Shown here piece after piece: positions 26,001 to 34,503 of a DNA stretch of 64,000 nt (position 1 is its first letter; each line of letters starts with the position of its first letter). The notes beneath the pieces were generated by a model, which saw only the letters and a program-made list of their open reading frames with translations, ran no database searches and was not told where the DNA came from. The DNA comes from Alphaproteobacteria bacterium. Lineage in GTDB: Bacteria; Pseudomonadota; Alphaproteobacteria; UBA828. A program made the translations under genes and the position numbers. The stretch is from positions 832,001 through 896,000 of the forward strand of contig CBDCCI010000002.1 in assembly GCA_965214705.1 (NCBI GenBank), given 5' to 3'.

Positions 26001-28064
26001 TCAGCCACTTGTGTCGATGTGGAAGTTGCCGCCCGCGTCCGTGCGCGCCCGTTGGCCCGCGAGCAGCAGAATGGTGGTCGTGTCGCTGTCGATCAGCGCG
26101 GGGCCTACGATCTCGGCGCCCGCAGGCGGCGCGTTGCCGTCGTAGGCGGGAAGCTGGCGGAAGGCCCGCTCCTCGCCCAGGTAGACCGCGCGCTGGCCCC
26201 GCTCTGGCAGGCGCCCGCCGGCGTGCATGGCGTCCCGGTCTACTCCGGCTGCGGCGCTGCTGCCCGTGCCGATGGCGCGCACGGTCCAGGTGGTGAACTC
26301 GACCTCGCCGTCGTCCTCCCGGATGGTATGGATGCGCTCGTGCATGGCGTGGAACGCGTCCGAGAGCGCGAGCACGTCGGCCTCGCCAAGCGCCCCATCC
26401 GTCGGCGCGAAGGGCGCCTCGATCTCCCACGACTGGTACTTGTAGCGGGCCTGGAAGGCGTATTCGTAGCGGCGCTCCGCCTCCGGCACGCCGGCGCGCT
26501 CGAGGAAGCGCCGCGCCCGCTTGTGGAGCGCCGCGAGCGTGCGGTTCACGGCGTCGAGCGCGAAGTGGCGGTTGCTGGTGTGGAGCGTCGCGGTCTCCTC
26601 GCCTCGGATATCCGTGACCAGCCCGCCGAAGGCGCTCAGACCCGCCGCCACCCCCGGCACCATGAAGCGCCCGATGCCCAGCGCTTGCGCCATCTCGCCG
26701 ATGTGGCAGGCGGTGGCGCCGCCGCCCGCCACCAGGAAGCTATCACGCGGGTCGATGCCCTCGTTGACGGTGATGTCCTCGATCGCCGCGATCATGTTCT
26801 CGTTGCTGGTGACGTGGATCGCGTAGGCCGCCTCGGCCAGCTCCAGCCCGAGCGCGTCAGCCACCGTGGCGACGGCCCGGTGCGCGGCGTCGGTATCCAG
26901 GGGCAGGCGACCGCCCAGGAAGTAAGCGGGGTCGAGCAGCCCCAGCACCAGGTTGGCGTCGGTCACCGTGGGCCGCGTGCCGCCCCGCCCGTAGGCCGCA
27001 GGGCCCGGATCGGCGCCCGCGCTCACCGGACCCACCCGCAGCAGGCCGCCGGAATCGACCCAGGCGATGCTGCCGCCGCCCGCGCCCACCGAGCGCACGT
27101 CGATCTTGGGCAGCCCCAGCAGGTCGTCCACGATCGGCGCCTCGGTGGTGCGGATCAGCGCGCGGTCGCGGATGGCCGAGACGTCGAAGGTGGTGCCGCC
27201 CATGTCGATGACGACGATGTCGGGCTCGTCCGAGAGCGCGAGCGCGGCGATGGGGGCGAGAGTCGGCCCGCTCATCACCGCGTGGATCGGGCGCGCGGCG
27301 ATCTCGCCCACGGTCATCATGCCGCCCTGGCAGTTGGCGACCAGCAGCGTGCCCTGGAAGCCGGCCTCGCGCACCGCGCTATCCAGTCGGCCGAGATAGG
27401 CGGGCACGATGGCGTGCAGCGCGGCGTCGATGGCGGTGGCAATGGTGCGGCGATACTCGCGCGGAATCGGGTTGAGCGCGTGGCTGAGGGTCACCGGCAC
27501 CTCGGGCCAGAGCTCGCCCACGATCTCGCCCACGCGGCGCTCGTGCGCGGGCTCCACCACGGACCAGAGCAGGCTGACTGCGATGGCATCCACCGGGCAG
27601 CGCCTGAAGTGGTCCACGGCCGCGCGCACGTCCTCTTCGGCGAGCGGCGCGATCTCGTTGCCGCGCGCGTCGATCCGGCCGCGCACCTCGCAGGTGCGGT
27701 TGCGGGGGACGAAAGGCCGGGGATAGTCGAGCCGCCAGTCGAAGGCGCGCTTGCGCGGCGCCTCGCGCAGGGTCAGCACGTCCGGGTGGCCGGCGGTGCA
27801 GATCAGCCCGACCGCGCCGGTGCGCCCCTCCACCAGCGCGTTGGTGGCGACCGTGGTGCCGTGAACGATGCGCGCCGTCCGGGCGAGGAAGCCGGGCAGG
27901 TCGCAGTCGAAGGCCTGGGCGGCGAGCTCCAGCGCGTCCATGAAGCCCCGCTCGAACGCGGGCGGGGTCGACGGCGCCTTGACCACCGCGCGCCGGCTCC
28001 CGTCCGAGACCACGCAGTCGGTGAAGGTCCCGCCAATGTCGATCGAGACCTGATATTGGCTCAC
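26001..28064 (-). CDS. hydantoinase A / oxoprolinase family ATP-binding subunit
   Basis: DIGGTFTD, HGTTVATNAL, DMGGTTFD, GAGGGSIA, SAGADPGP, TDANL; GTG at 28064 with GGAGG. Confidence 0.92.
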   Translation of the reverse strand: MSQYQVSIDIGGTFTDCVVSDGSRRAVVKAPSTPPAFERGFMDALELAAQAFDCDLPGFLARTARIVHGTTVATNALVEGRTGAVGLICTAGHPDVLTLREAPRKRAFDWRLDYPRPFVPRNRTCEVRGRIDARGNEIAPLAEEDVRAAVDHFRRCPVDAIAVSLLWSVVEPAHERRVGEIVGELWPEVPVTLSHALNPIPREYRRTIATAIDAALHAIVPAYLGRLDSAVREAGFQGTLLVANCQGGMMTVGEIAARPIHAVMSGPTLAPIAALALSDEPDIVVIDMGGTTFDVSAIRDRALIRTTEAPIVDDLLGLPKIDVRSVGAGGGSIAWVDSGGLLRVGPVSAGADPGPAAYGRGGTRPTVTDANLVLGLLDPAYFLGGRLPLDTDAAHRAVATVADALGLELAEAAYAIHVTSNENMIAAIEDITVNEGIDPRDSFLVAGGGATACHIGEMAQALGIGRFMVPGVAAGLSAFGGLVTDIRGEETATLHTSNRHFALDAVNRTLAALHKRARRFLERAGVPEAERRYEYAFQARYKYQSWEIEAPFAPTDGALGEADVLALSDAFHAMHERIHTIREDDGEVEFTTWTVRAIGTGSSAAAGVDRDAMHAGGRLPERGQRAVYLGEERAFRQLPAYDGNAPPAGAEIVGPALIDSDTTTILLLAGQRARTDAGGNFHIDTSG

Positions 28065-28209
28065 CCGCCCTCCACGCCGCTTGCTCACCTGCGCGCGCAT
28101 CCTCGCAACGCGTGCACCGGCGGCGCAAGAGCCGGGCCAGCGGCAGTGTCATCGGCCGCTGCACGCGCCCGCGCGGGGGTGGGGTCGGTGTGCGATCTGT
28201 ACTATGATC

Positions 28210-28225
28210 TGCCAATTAATGGGCA
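28210..28225. promoter_or_regulatory. candidate operator in the divergent hydantoinase / SH3-MORN intergenic region
   Basis: TGCCAATTAATGGGCA, a 16-bp palindrome with one mismatched pair. Confidence 0.4.
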
Positions 28226-28289
28226 CAAGCCCAAGGCAGGGTGCGGGCAAAGAAAGCGCCAAATAAGCAAGGCGCGCTCGGGGGGAGAC

Positions 28290-29081
28290 ATGAGAGCCAT
28301 CGCGACACTGGCCGTGGCGCTTGCCGCGGCTATCGTCTGGACCGTGGGTTCGGCCAGCGCCTATACCGTGGATTCGGCTAACGCCTACGTCGTCGATACT
28401 TTCAACCGGGTGATGGAAGTGGTCAAGGCGGCAAACGTGCGGGCCGGCCCGAGCACCGAGTACGACGTGCGCGTCATCCTGCACGAAGGAGCGACCGTGC
28501 GCGTGACCGGCGCCGTTCTGGGCCGCGACTGGATGCGGGTCGACCTGCGCGGGGACGGCGACGAGTCTTTCATCTACGCGCCGCTCTTGAGGGAGACCGG
28601 TGCCGCGGCAGGCCTCCGGCCCGTCGGCCCCAACTGGTCTGTCACCCAAAACCAGCCTTGCCACGTGTGGAACGATGGCCAGCGCGGTCAAGAGCCGTTC
28701 ATTTGGTGGGGGGACTGTGTGGACGGCAAGGCCTCGGGCGAGGGACGGCTCATCTGGCATACCCGCTACGGCAGGCACGTTTACGAAGGCAACATGGTGG
28801 CCGGCAAGCAACACGGACATGGGACTCTGCTGCGCAGCGATGCCGCCCGCTACGAAGGCGAATGGCAGGAAGGCAAGAGGCACGGGATCGGCATCTACAC
28901 CTGGGCTGCCGGCCATCGCTACGAGGGCGGCTGGCGCGACGACAGGCCGCACGGCTTCGGCACCGCGACGTTTGCCGATGGCGACGTCCACCAGGGCGAG
29001 TGGCGCCGGGGTTGCTACGGGGAGCGGGACGGAATCTGGTCGGCCCTGATCGCCACCGTGGAAGACTGCGGTTTCAATTAA
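28290..29081 (+). CDS. secreted SH3b + MORN-repeat protein
   Basis: GGGGGAG RBS; signal peptide ending ASA; ANVRAGPST..W.RV..F (SH3b); repeats YEG....GK.HG.G (MORN). Confidence 0.85.
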   Translation: MRAIATLAVALAAAIVWTVGSASAYTVDSANAYVVDTFNRVMEVVKAANVRAGPSTEYDVRVILHEGATVRVTGAVLGRDWMRVDLRGDGDESFIYAPLLRETGAAAGLRPVGPNWSVTQNQPCHVWNDGQRGQEPFIWWGDCVDGKASGEGRLIWHTRYGRHVYEGNMVAGKQHGHGTLLRSDAARYEGEWQEGKRHGIGIYTWAAGHRYEGGWRDDRPHGFGTATFADGDVHQGEWRRGCYGERDGIWSALIATVEDCGFN

Positions 29082-29186
29082 CCGGCCCGCATCGCTTCAT
29101 AACCTGGCGGCAACCGCCGAACGCCTCACTCGGCGCGGCGAAACCTGCTATGCCTGCGCGCAGTTGACGTTGAGGCGGGCGGTCGG

Positions 29187-30035
29187 ATGCCGAAGCGACT
29201 GAGCGAGACGGAGCGGCGCGGGTTTCACGAGCAGGGCTACTTCGGGCCGTTCCGCGTTATGAGCGTGGGCGAGGCGCAGCACTACCGCGCGGAGCTGGAA
29301 CGCTTCGAGCGGCGCTGGCCGGATGAGCGGCACATGCTCGACCAGGGCGCCTCCTTGCTTTGCCCCTGGATCGACGAATTCACCCGCCATCCCGGCCTGC
29401 TCGACCCGATGGAGGACCTGCTCGGGCCCAATCTTCTGGTCTGGGGCGTCTCGCTCAGGCTCAAGGAAGCGGACGGCAGGACCTTCGCCGGCTGGCATCA
29501 GGACACCGCCTACTGCGACATCAAGCCGATTGTGGTGATCGCCGCTTTAGCGCTCTCGGACTGCGGCGAGGACGCAGGGTGCCTCCGCGTGATTCCCGGC
29601 TCCCATCGCGAGGCGCTGCTGCCGCACCGCGAGCACTTCGGCACCGACAGCCTGCTCACCCGCGAGCAGCAGATCGACGCGCCTCTCGATGAGAGCGCCG
29701 CGGTCTCGCTGCCGATGGCGGCGGGCGAGGCGGTCTTCTTCAACAACGCGATCTGCCACTCCTCTGGTCCCAATCGGAGCGACGACCGGCGCATCGTCTT
29801 CCTGATCGAATACGTGCCGACGCACGCCTGGCAGCACGAGCCGCGCGAATCCGCGATGCTGGTGCGGGGCGTTGATCGCTTCCGCCATTTCGATGCCGAC
29901 CCGCGCCCGGTCCAGGAGATGAGCCCGGCGGCGCGCACGGCGTGGCGGCGCAAAGTCGAGGTGCAGGCAGAGGTGCTCTATCGCGGCGCCGCGCATCCGA
30001 CGCGCGCGCTGGCATCGGGAAACCGAACGGCATGA
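29187..30035 (+). CDS. phytanoyl-CoA dioxygenase (PhyH) family Fe(II)/2OG dioxygenase
   Basis: WHQD, GCLRVIPGSH, H.S.PN.S..RR. Confidence 0.9.
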   Translation: MPKRLSETERRGFHEQGYFGPFRVMSVGEAQHYRAELERFERRWPDERHMLDQGASLLCPWIDEFTRHPGLLDPMEDLLGPNLLVWGVSLRLKEADGRTFAGWHQDTAYCDIKPIVVIAALALSDCGEDAGCLRVIPGSHREALLPHREHFGTDSLLTREQQIDAPLDESAAVSLPMAAGEAVFFNNAICHSSGPNRSDDRRIVFLIEYVPTHAWQHEPRESAMLVRGVDRFRHFDADPRPVQEMSPAARTAWRRKVEVQAEVLYRGAAHPTRALASGNRTA

Positions 30036-30057
30036 CAGACGCGCGGGCGGAGGGCGG

Positions 30058-31728
30058 CTACCCCTCGCTCTGAGCGCCCGGCAGAGCGTCCTCGGGTAGC
30101 GCCTGGGTGCCCGAGTCCGTCGCGGTAGGGAATCCAGCGACCACCGCCTCCGCCGCGATGGCGCGGGCGGCGGCGGGGACTGCGGTGCAGAGCGCCATGC
30201 GCACCACCTTGGTCGGGTCCACGATTCCTGCACGGGAGAGGTCGCCGTAGCGCTGCCGGTCCGCATTGAAGCCCCAGCGCGGGTTGTCCTGTGCCAGCGC
30301 GCGGGCGATGGCGTAGGAGCCCTCGCCCCCGGCGTTCTCCACGATCCGCCGCATCGGCGCCTTGAGCGCGGCCGCCAGCGCGCTCACGCCCATGGCCTCG
30401 TCGTCGGTGCAGCCGGCGCGGACGGCGCCGAGCGCGCGCGATGCCTGCATTAGCGCCACGCCGCCGCCGGGCACCACGCCTTCGGCCGCCGCCGCGCGCG
30501 CCGCGTTCAGCGCATCGGTGGCGCGCTCCTTGCGGGCGCGCAGCTCCGCCTCGGTCGCGCCGCCCAGGCGCAGGTGCGCGATGCCGGCGGCAAGGCGGGC
30601 GAGGCGCTCCTGCAGCTTCTCGCGGTCGAAGCTCAGGTATTTCTCCGCCTTGGCTTCGCGGCGCAGCATGGTGCAGCGCTGCGCGATCTCCTGCGCATCG
30701 CCGGCGCCTTCCACGATGGTGGTGCGGTCGCGGGCGACGTGGACGCGCTTCGCCGCGCCCATCATCGCGGGCTTCAGGTTCTCCAGCTTGTTGCCGAGCT
30801 CGTCGGTGACGATCTGGCCGCCGGTCGCGACCGCGATGTCTTCCAGCATCGGCTTGCGCCAGCGCCCGAACCCCGGCGCCTTGACCGCGGCGACGCGGAG
30901 CCCGCCCTGCTGCTTATTCACGGTGAGCGTCGCCAGCGCCTCGCCGACCACGTCCTCGGCGACGATGAGCAGCGCATGCGAGGACTTAGCGAAGGCGCGG
31001 AGCGCCGGCACGATGGCGTCGACACTGGAGATCGTCTGCTCGTGCATCAGCACGTAGGCGTCCTCCAGCGTGACCGTCATGTCGTCGGGGTCGGTGACGA
31101 AGGCGGTAGACACGTAGCCCTTGTCGAAGCTCATGCCCTGGTGCACCGAAAGCTCGCTCTCGATGCCCCTGGCCTCCTCGATGGTGACGACCCCGTCGGG
31201 GCCGACCTGCGCGATGGCGTCCGCGAGGTGCCGGGCGACGTCCTCGTCGCCGCCGGAAGCCAAACGGGCCACACGCTCCAGCCCGCCCTGCGCAGGCAGC
31301 GGGCGGGATTGGCGATCGAGCGCCGCCGTGACCGCGACGAGCCCCCGCTCGATCCCACGCAAAACGCTCATGGGATGGGCACCCGCCGTAGTGGCACGGT
31401 GGCCCTCCGCCATCAGCGCGGCGGCCAGCACCATCGCGGTGGTGGAGCCGTCGCCCACCTCGTCGGTCACCTTCGAGCCCACGTGGCGGATCAGGCGCCC
31501 GCCGATATCCTCGAAGCGGTCTTCGAGGTCGATGTGGCGCGCGATGGTGTAGCCGTCGGTCGAGACCCAGGGCTGGGCGTGGCGGCGCTCGATCAGCACC
31601 GCGCGCCCGCCGGGGCCGAGGGTGGTGCCGACGATTTGGCCGACGGTGGCAGCGCCCCGCAGCAGCGCGGCCTTGGCCTCGGGCCCGGTGCCGATGCGCT
31701 TCGGCCCCGGAATGCCGCCGATCATCAT
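30058..31728 (-). CDS. groL: divergent group I chaperonin (GroEL paralog)
   Basis: TLGP.G, GDGSTTA, FDKGY.S, AEDV.GEALATL, AVKAPGFG, REKLQERLA.L, DALNA, EGVVPGGG, GIVDPTKV; no GGM tail. Confidence 0.88.
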   Translation of the reverse strand: MMIGGIPGPKRIGTGPEAKAALLRGAATVGQIVGTTLGPGGRAVLIERRHAQPWVSTDGYTIARHIDLEDRFEDIGGRLIRHVGSKVTDEVGDGSTTAMVLAAALMAEGHRATTAGAHPMSVLRGIERGLVAVTAALDRQSRPLPAQGGLERVARLASGGDEDVARHLADAIAQVGPDGVVTIEEARGIESELSVHQGMSFDKGYVSTAFVTDPDDMTVTLEDAYVLMHEQTISSVDAIVPALRAFAKSSHALLIVAEDVVGEALATLTVNKQQGGLRVAAVKAPGFGRWRKPMLEDIAVATGGQIVTDELGNKLENLKPAMMGAAKRVHVARDRTTIVEGAGDAQEIAQRCTMLRREAKAEKYLSFDREKLQERLARLAAGIAHLRLGGATEAELRARKERATDALNAARAAAAEGVVPGGGVALMQASRALGAVRAGCTDDEAMGVSALAAALKAPMRRIVENAGGEGSYAIARALAQDNPRWGFNADRQRYGDLSRAGIVDPTKVVRMALCTAVPAAARAIAAEAVVAGFPTATDSGTQALPEDALPGAQSEG

Positions 31729-31791
31729 GGCGTGCGTGCCCGCTGCGGCCGGCCGCTACCGAAAACCCGTGCGGCGCGTGCGGCCTGCGGC

Positions 31792-32736
31792 TCAGCCCTC
31801 GTAGTCGATCGGGGTGGCCTCGCGGTCGTCCTCGTGCCGCACCCAGTAGAGATCGCGCAGCCGCTCGGTCACCGGGCCGGTGGCGCCGTCGCCCACCGGC
31901 TCGTGGTCGATCTTCGTGACCGGCAGGATGCCGCCCGCCGTGCTGGTGACGAAGACCTCGTCGGCACCGCGCAGATCGTCCGGCGAGACGGCGCCGACCT
32001 CGCCCTTGACGTTGAGCTCGCCCAGCAGGTCGAGCGCGGTGCGCCGGGTGATGCCCTCCAGGCAGGTGCCGCCCGGCGTGGTCGCGGTGCCGCCCTTCAC
32101 GGCGAAGACGTTGAAGCCCGGCCCCTCGGCGATGTTGCCGTCGAGGTCCACCACCACCGGCATGTCGCAGCCGCGCTCGTAGCTCTCGAACAGCGCGCGG
32201 ATCATGTCGCCCCAGTGGAAGTTCTTGGCGGTGGGGTCGACCGAGCCCGGCGGAATGCGCAGGTAGGAGCTCAGGTGCAGGTTGATGCCGCGCGCGCGCA
32301 TCTCCTCGTCCGCGATCCAGACGAAGGGGATGGCGAAGGCGATGAAGCGGTTCTCGCAGGCGCGGGGGTCGCGGGTGCCCTTGGGCGGCATGCCGCGGGT
32401 GCAGAGCACCTCCACGTAGGCGTCGCGCAGCTGGCTGAGGCGCATGAGCCGCATCAGGATCGCCACCACCTCGTCGCGGGCGTGGGGGATGGACATGCGG
32501 ACGCTGGCGAGGCTCTTCTCGAAGCGGTCGAGATGGTGATCGAGGCGGAAGAACTTGCCGCCCCAGACGTGGACCACGTCGTAGGTGACATCGGAGCGGG
32601 TGAAGCCCCAGTCGAGGATCGGTATCCGCGCCTCGGCGATGGGCACGTAGGCGCCCTCGATGAAGGCGGCGCCATCGGCAAAGCGGTTCTCCAGTCGCAC
32701 CACGCCGTCGGCCGTCGCTTCCGTGACCCGTGTCAT
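31792..32736 (-). CDS. class IV PLP aminotransferase, (R)-amine transaminase-like
   Basis: GFTRSDVTYDVVHVW, HLDRF, YVEV, KNFHWGD, EGPGFN, LEGITR, TSTAGG. Confidence 0.88.
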   Translation of the reverse strand: MTRVTEATADGVVRLENRFADGAAFIEGAYVPIAEARIPILDWGFTRSDVTYDVVHVWGGKFFRLDHHLDRFEKSLASVRMSIPHARDEVVAILMRLMRLSQLRDAYVEVLCTRGMPPKGTRDPRACENRFIAFAIPFVWIADEEMRARGINLHLSSYLRIPPGSVDPTAKNFHWGDMIRALFESYERGCDMPVVVDLDGNIAEGPGFNVFAVKGGTATTPGGTCLEGITRRTALDLLGELNVKGEVGAVSPDDLRGADEVFVTSTAGGILPVTKIDHEPVGDGATGPVTERLRDLYWVRHEDDREATPIDYEG

Positions 32737-32820
32737 CAGCGGTCTCCCCGGTTCGCACATCCAGATCGGGCGACAGTGTGCCGCATCGTGCCGACTAGCG
32801 CGACTGTCGGCAGGTGATAG

Positions 32821-33660
32821 CTACACCGGCACCGTTCCCTCGATGAGGATGCGGAGCAGCCGGCGCGGGTGGTCGCCCTCGTGGGGCGAGGCCCTGTGCA
32901 TCGTGCAGCGATTGTCCCAGATCACGATGTCGTCCGGTTGCCATGCGTGGACATGGACGAACGCCGGCTGCGTGGCGTGCCCTATGAGCTTGTCGAGGAG
33001 GGCGTCGCCGTCCGCGAGCGGCAGGTCCGCGATCCGGTCGATGCGGTTGGGGTTGATGTAGAGCGCTTTGCGGCCGGTCTCCGGATGGGTGCGCACCAGC
33101 GGGTGCGTCACCGGCGGGGTGCGTGCCTCCTCCTCGGGCGTGCGCTCGGGCACCGGCGAGCGGTTGCGGCGGGACTGATACATATGCACGGCCTTGAGCC
33201 CGGCGATGCGGGTCTTGGTTTCGTCCGGTAATGCCTCGTAGGCCAGGTGCATATTGGTGAACGACGTATCGCCGCCCTTTGGCGGCACCACCTCGCCGTA
33301 GAGCATTGTCACCGCGCACGGCACGGCCATGTAGGAATCGTCGGTGTGCCACTGGCCGCCGAAGGTCGCCGCCTTGCCGGTGGCGGTGCTGATCCCCTGG
33401 CGGCGCTCGATCAGCGAAATCTCGGGGTACCCCGTGTCGCGCAGAACGCCCATCAACTCCCGCTGGGGCGTGCCAAAGATTCGGGCGAGGCGCGGGAATG
33501 TCTCGGGCGTCGCCCCGCCGCTGCGGATGCAGAGCATCGGGCTTTCCCGAAAGGCGCGGCGCAGCGCCTCGCATTCCTCGGGCGCCGGCGACTCGAGATC
33601 GAACCCGGTCACCACAGCACCCAGCCCTGCCTTGGTGGGGTCCGTCACGGCTATGCCCAC
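32821..33660 (-). CDS. TauD/TfdA family Fe(II)/2OG dioxygenase
   Basis: WHTD, GGDT.F, HPLVRTHPETGRKALY, WDNRCTMHR; GTG start at 33660. Confidence 0.9.
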   Translation of the reverse strand: MGIAVTDPTKAGLGAVVTGFDLESPAPEECEALRRAFRESPMLCIRSGGATPETFPRLARIFGTPQRELMGVLRDTGYPEISLIERRQGISTATGKAATFGGQWHTDDSYMAVPCAVTMLYGEVVPPKGGDTSFTNMHLAYEALPDETKTRIAGLKAVHMYQSRRNRSPVPERTPEEEARTPPVTHPLVRTHPETGRKALYINPNRIDRIADLPLADGDALLDKLIGHATQPAFVHVHAWQPDDIVIWDNRCTMHRASPHEGDHPRRLLRILIEGTVPV

Positions 33661-33909
33661 CGCGCGCCTCGTCCGTTGCCGCCGCCCGCTCGTGCCTCGC
33701 TCTTGGGACGCTTGCATATCGCCCCGACTCGGGCAAACGACGGCGGCATGGCGCGGCCGAGAGCGCCGGTTTTCGCGCCGAAGCGTGGGAGCGGAAATCG
33801 AAATCCGGCACCAATTGTAACGAAGCCGCGATCCGCCCGGCATATGCGTTGCCCGCACATGGATTTGGGCCTATGTTTCGGGCGCTTTTCTGGCCAGGAG
33901 TACGAATCC

Positions 33910-34476
33910 ATGGTTCCGAGGAAGTTGGTGAGTGCGCTCGCCAAGACGGGCGCGCTCGGGCTCGTCTTGATCGCGTTGGCCGGCTGCCCGCCCATGCAAC
34001 AGGGCGGCGAAGGCGGCGAGGCCGGCGGCGGCGACATGCTGATGTCGATCCTGCCGCTCATTCTGATTTTCGTGGTGTTCTACTTCCTGCTGATTCGCCC
34101 GCAGCAGAGGAAGCAGAAGGCCCACCGCGAAATGCTGCAGAACGTGAACCGGGGCGACGACATCGTCACCAACGGCGGCTTGGTCGGGAACGTCGTCAAG
34201 GTCGGCCGCGGCGACAGCGTTCTCGTGGAGATCGCGCCCGACGTCAGGGTCCGGGTCATGCGCAACATGATCTCGCAGATCATGCCGCGCCATGAACAGT
34301 ACGAGGAAGACGACGAGGACGAAGACGAAGAGGACGAGCGCGAGGACGAGACCCTCGAGGACGAGGTCGACGACGAAGACGAGGACGAGGACGAGGACTA
34401 CGAGGACCTCGACGAGGAAGACGAAGACGAGGAGGAAGAGGAGGAGGACGACAGGCGGAGAAGGCGCAGGCGCTGA
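33910..34476 (+). CDS. yajC: preprotein translocase subunit YajC with N-terminal lipobox and acidic C-terminal tail
   Basis: FYFLLIRPQQRK, GDDIVTNGG.VG.V; directly upstream of secD; CAGGAG upstream of ATG 33910. Confidence 0.92.
   Translation: MVPRKLVSALAKTGALGLVLIALAGCPPMQQGGEGGEAGGGDMLMSILPLILIFVVFYFLLIRPQQRKQKAHREMLQNVNRGDDIVTNGGLVGNVVKVGRGDSVLVEIAPDVRVRVMRNMISQIMPRHEQYEEDDEDEDEEDEREDETLEDEVDDEDEDEDEDYEDLDEEDEDEEEEEEDDRRRRRRR
34294..34452 (+). repeat. low-complexity GAC/GAG/GAA codon tract (Asp/Glu tail of YajC)
   Basis: 53 codons, 45 encoding D or E. Confidence 0.9.
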
Positions 34477-34503
34477 TCGGGCCGTTCCTCTCCCGTATAG
34501 CCG

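Noticed and set aside
25833-28289. Apparent 1082-aa fusion ending in SH3-MORN
   Set aside because: The N-terminal part is antisense to hydantoinase A; the real gene starts at ATG 28290 with an SD and signal peptide
33247-33909. Long N-terminal extensions of yajC in the ORF track (likewise tauD, uvrA, gltB, gltD, ECH, deaminase, BFD-like)
   Set aside because: They overlap other genes or promoters; downstream starts match family N-termini and mostly have SD sites
34294-34452. Possible CRISPR or VNTR array
   Set aside because: No repeat-spacer structure; it is an in-frame Asp/Glu coding tract
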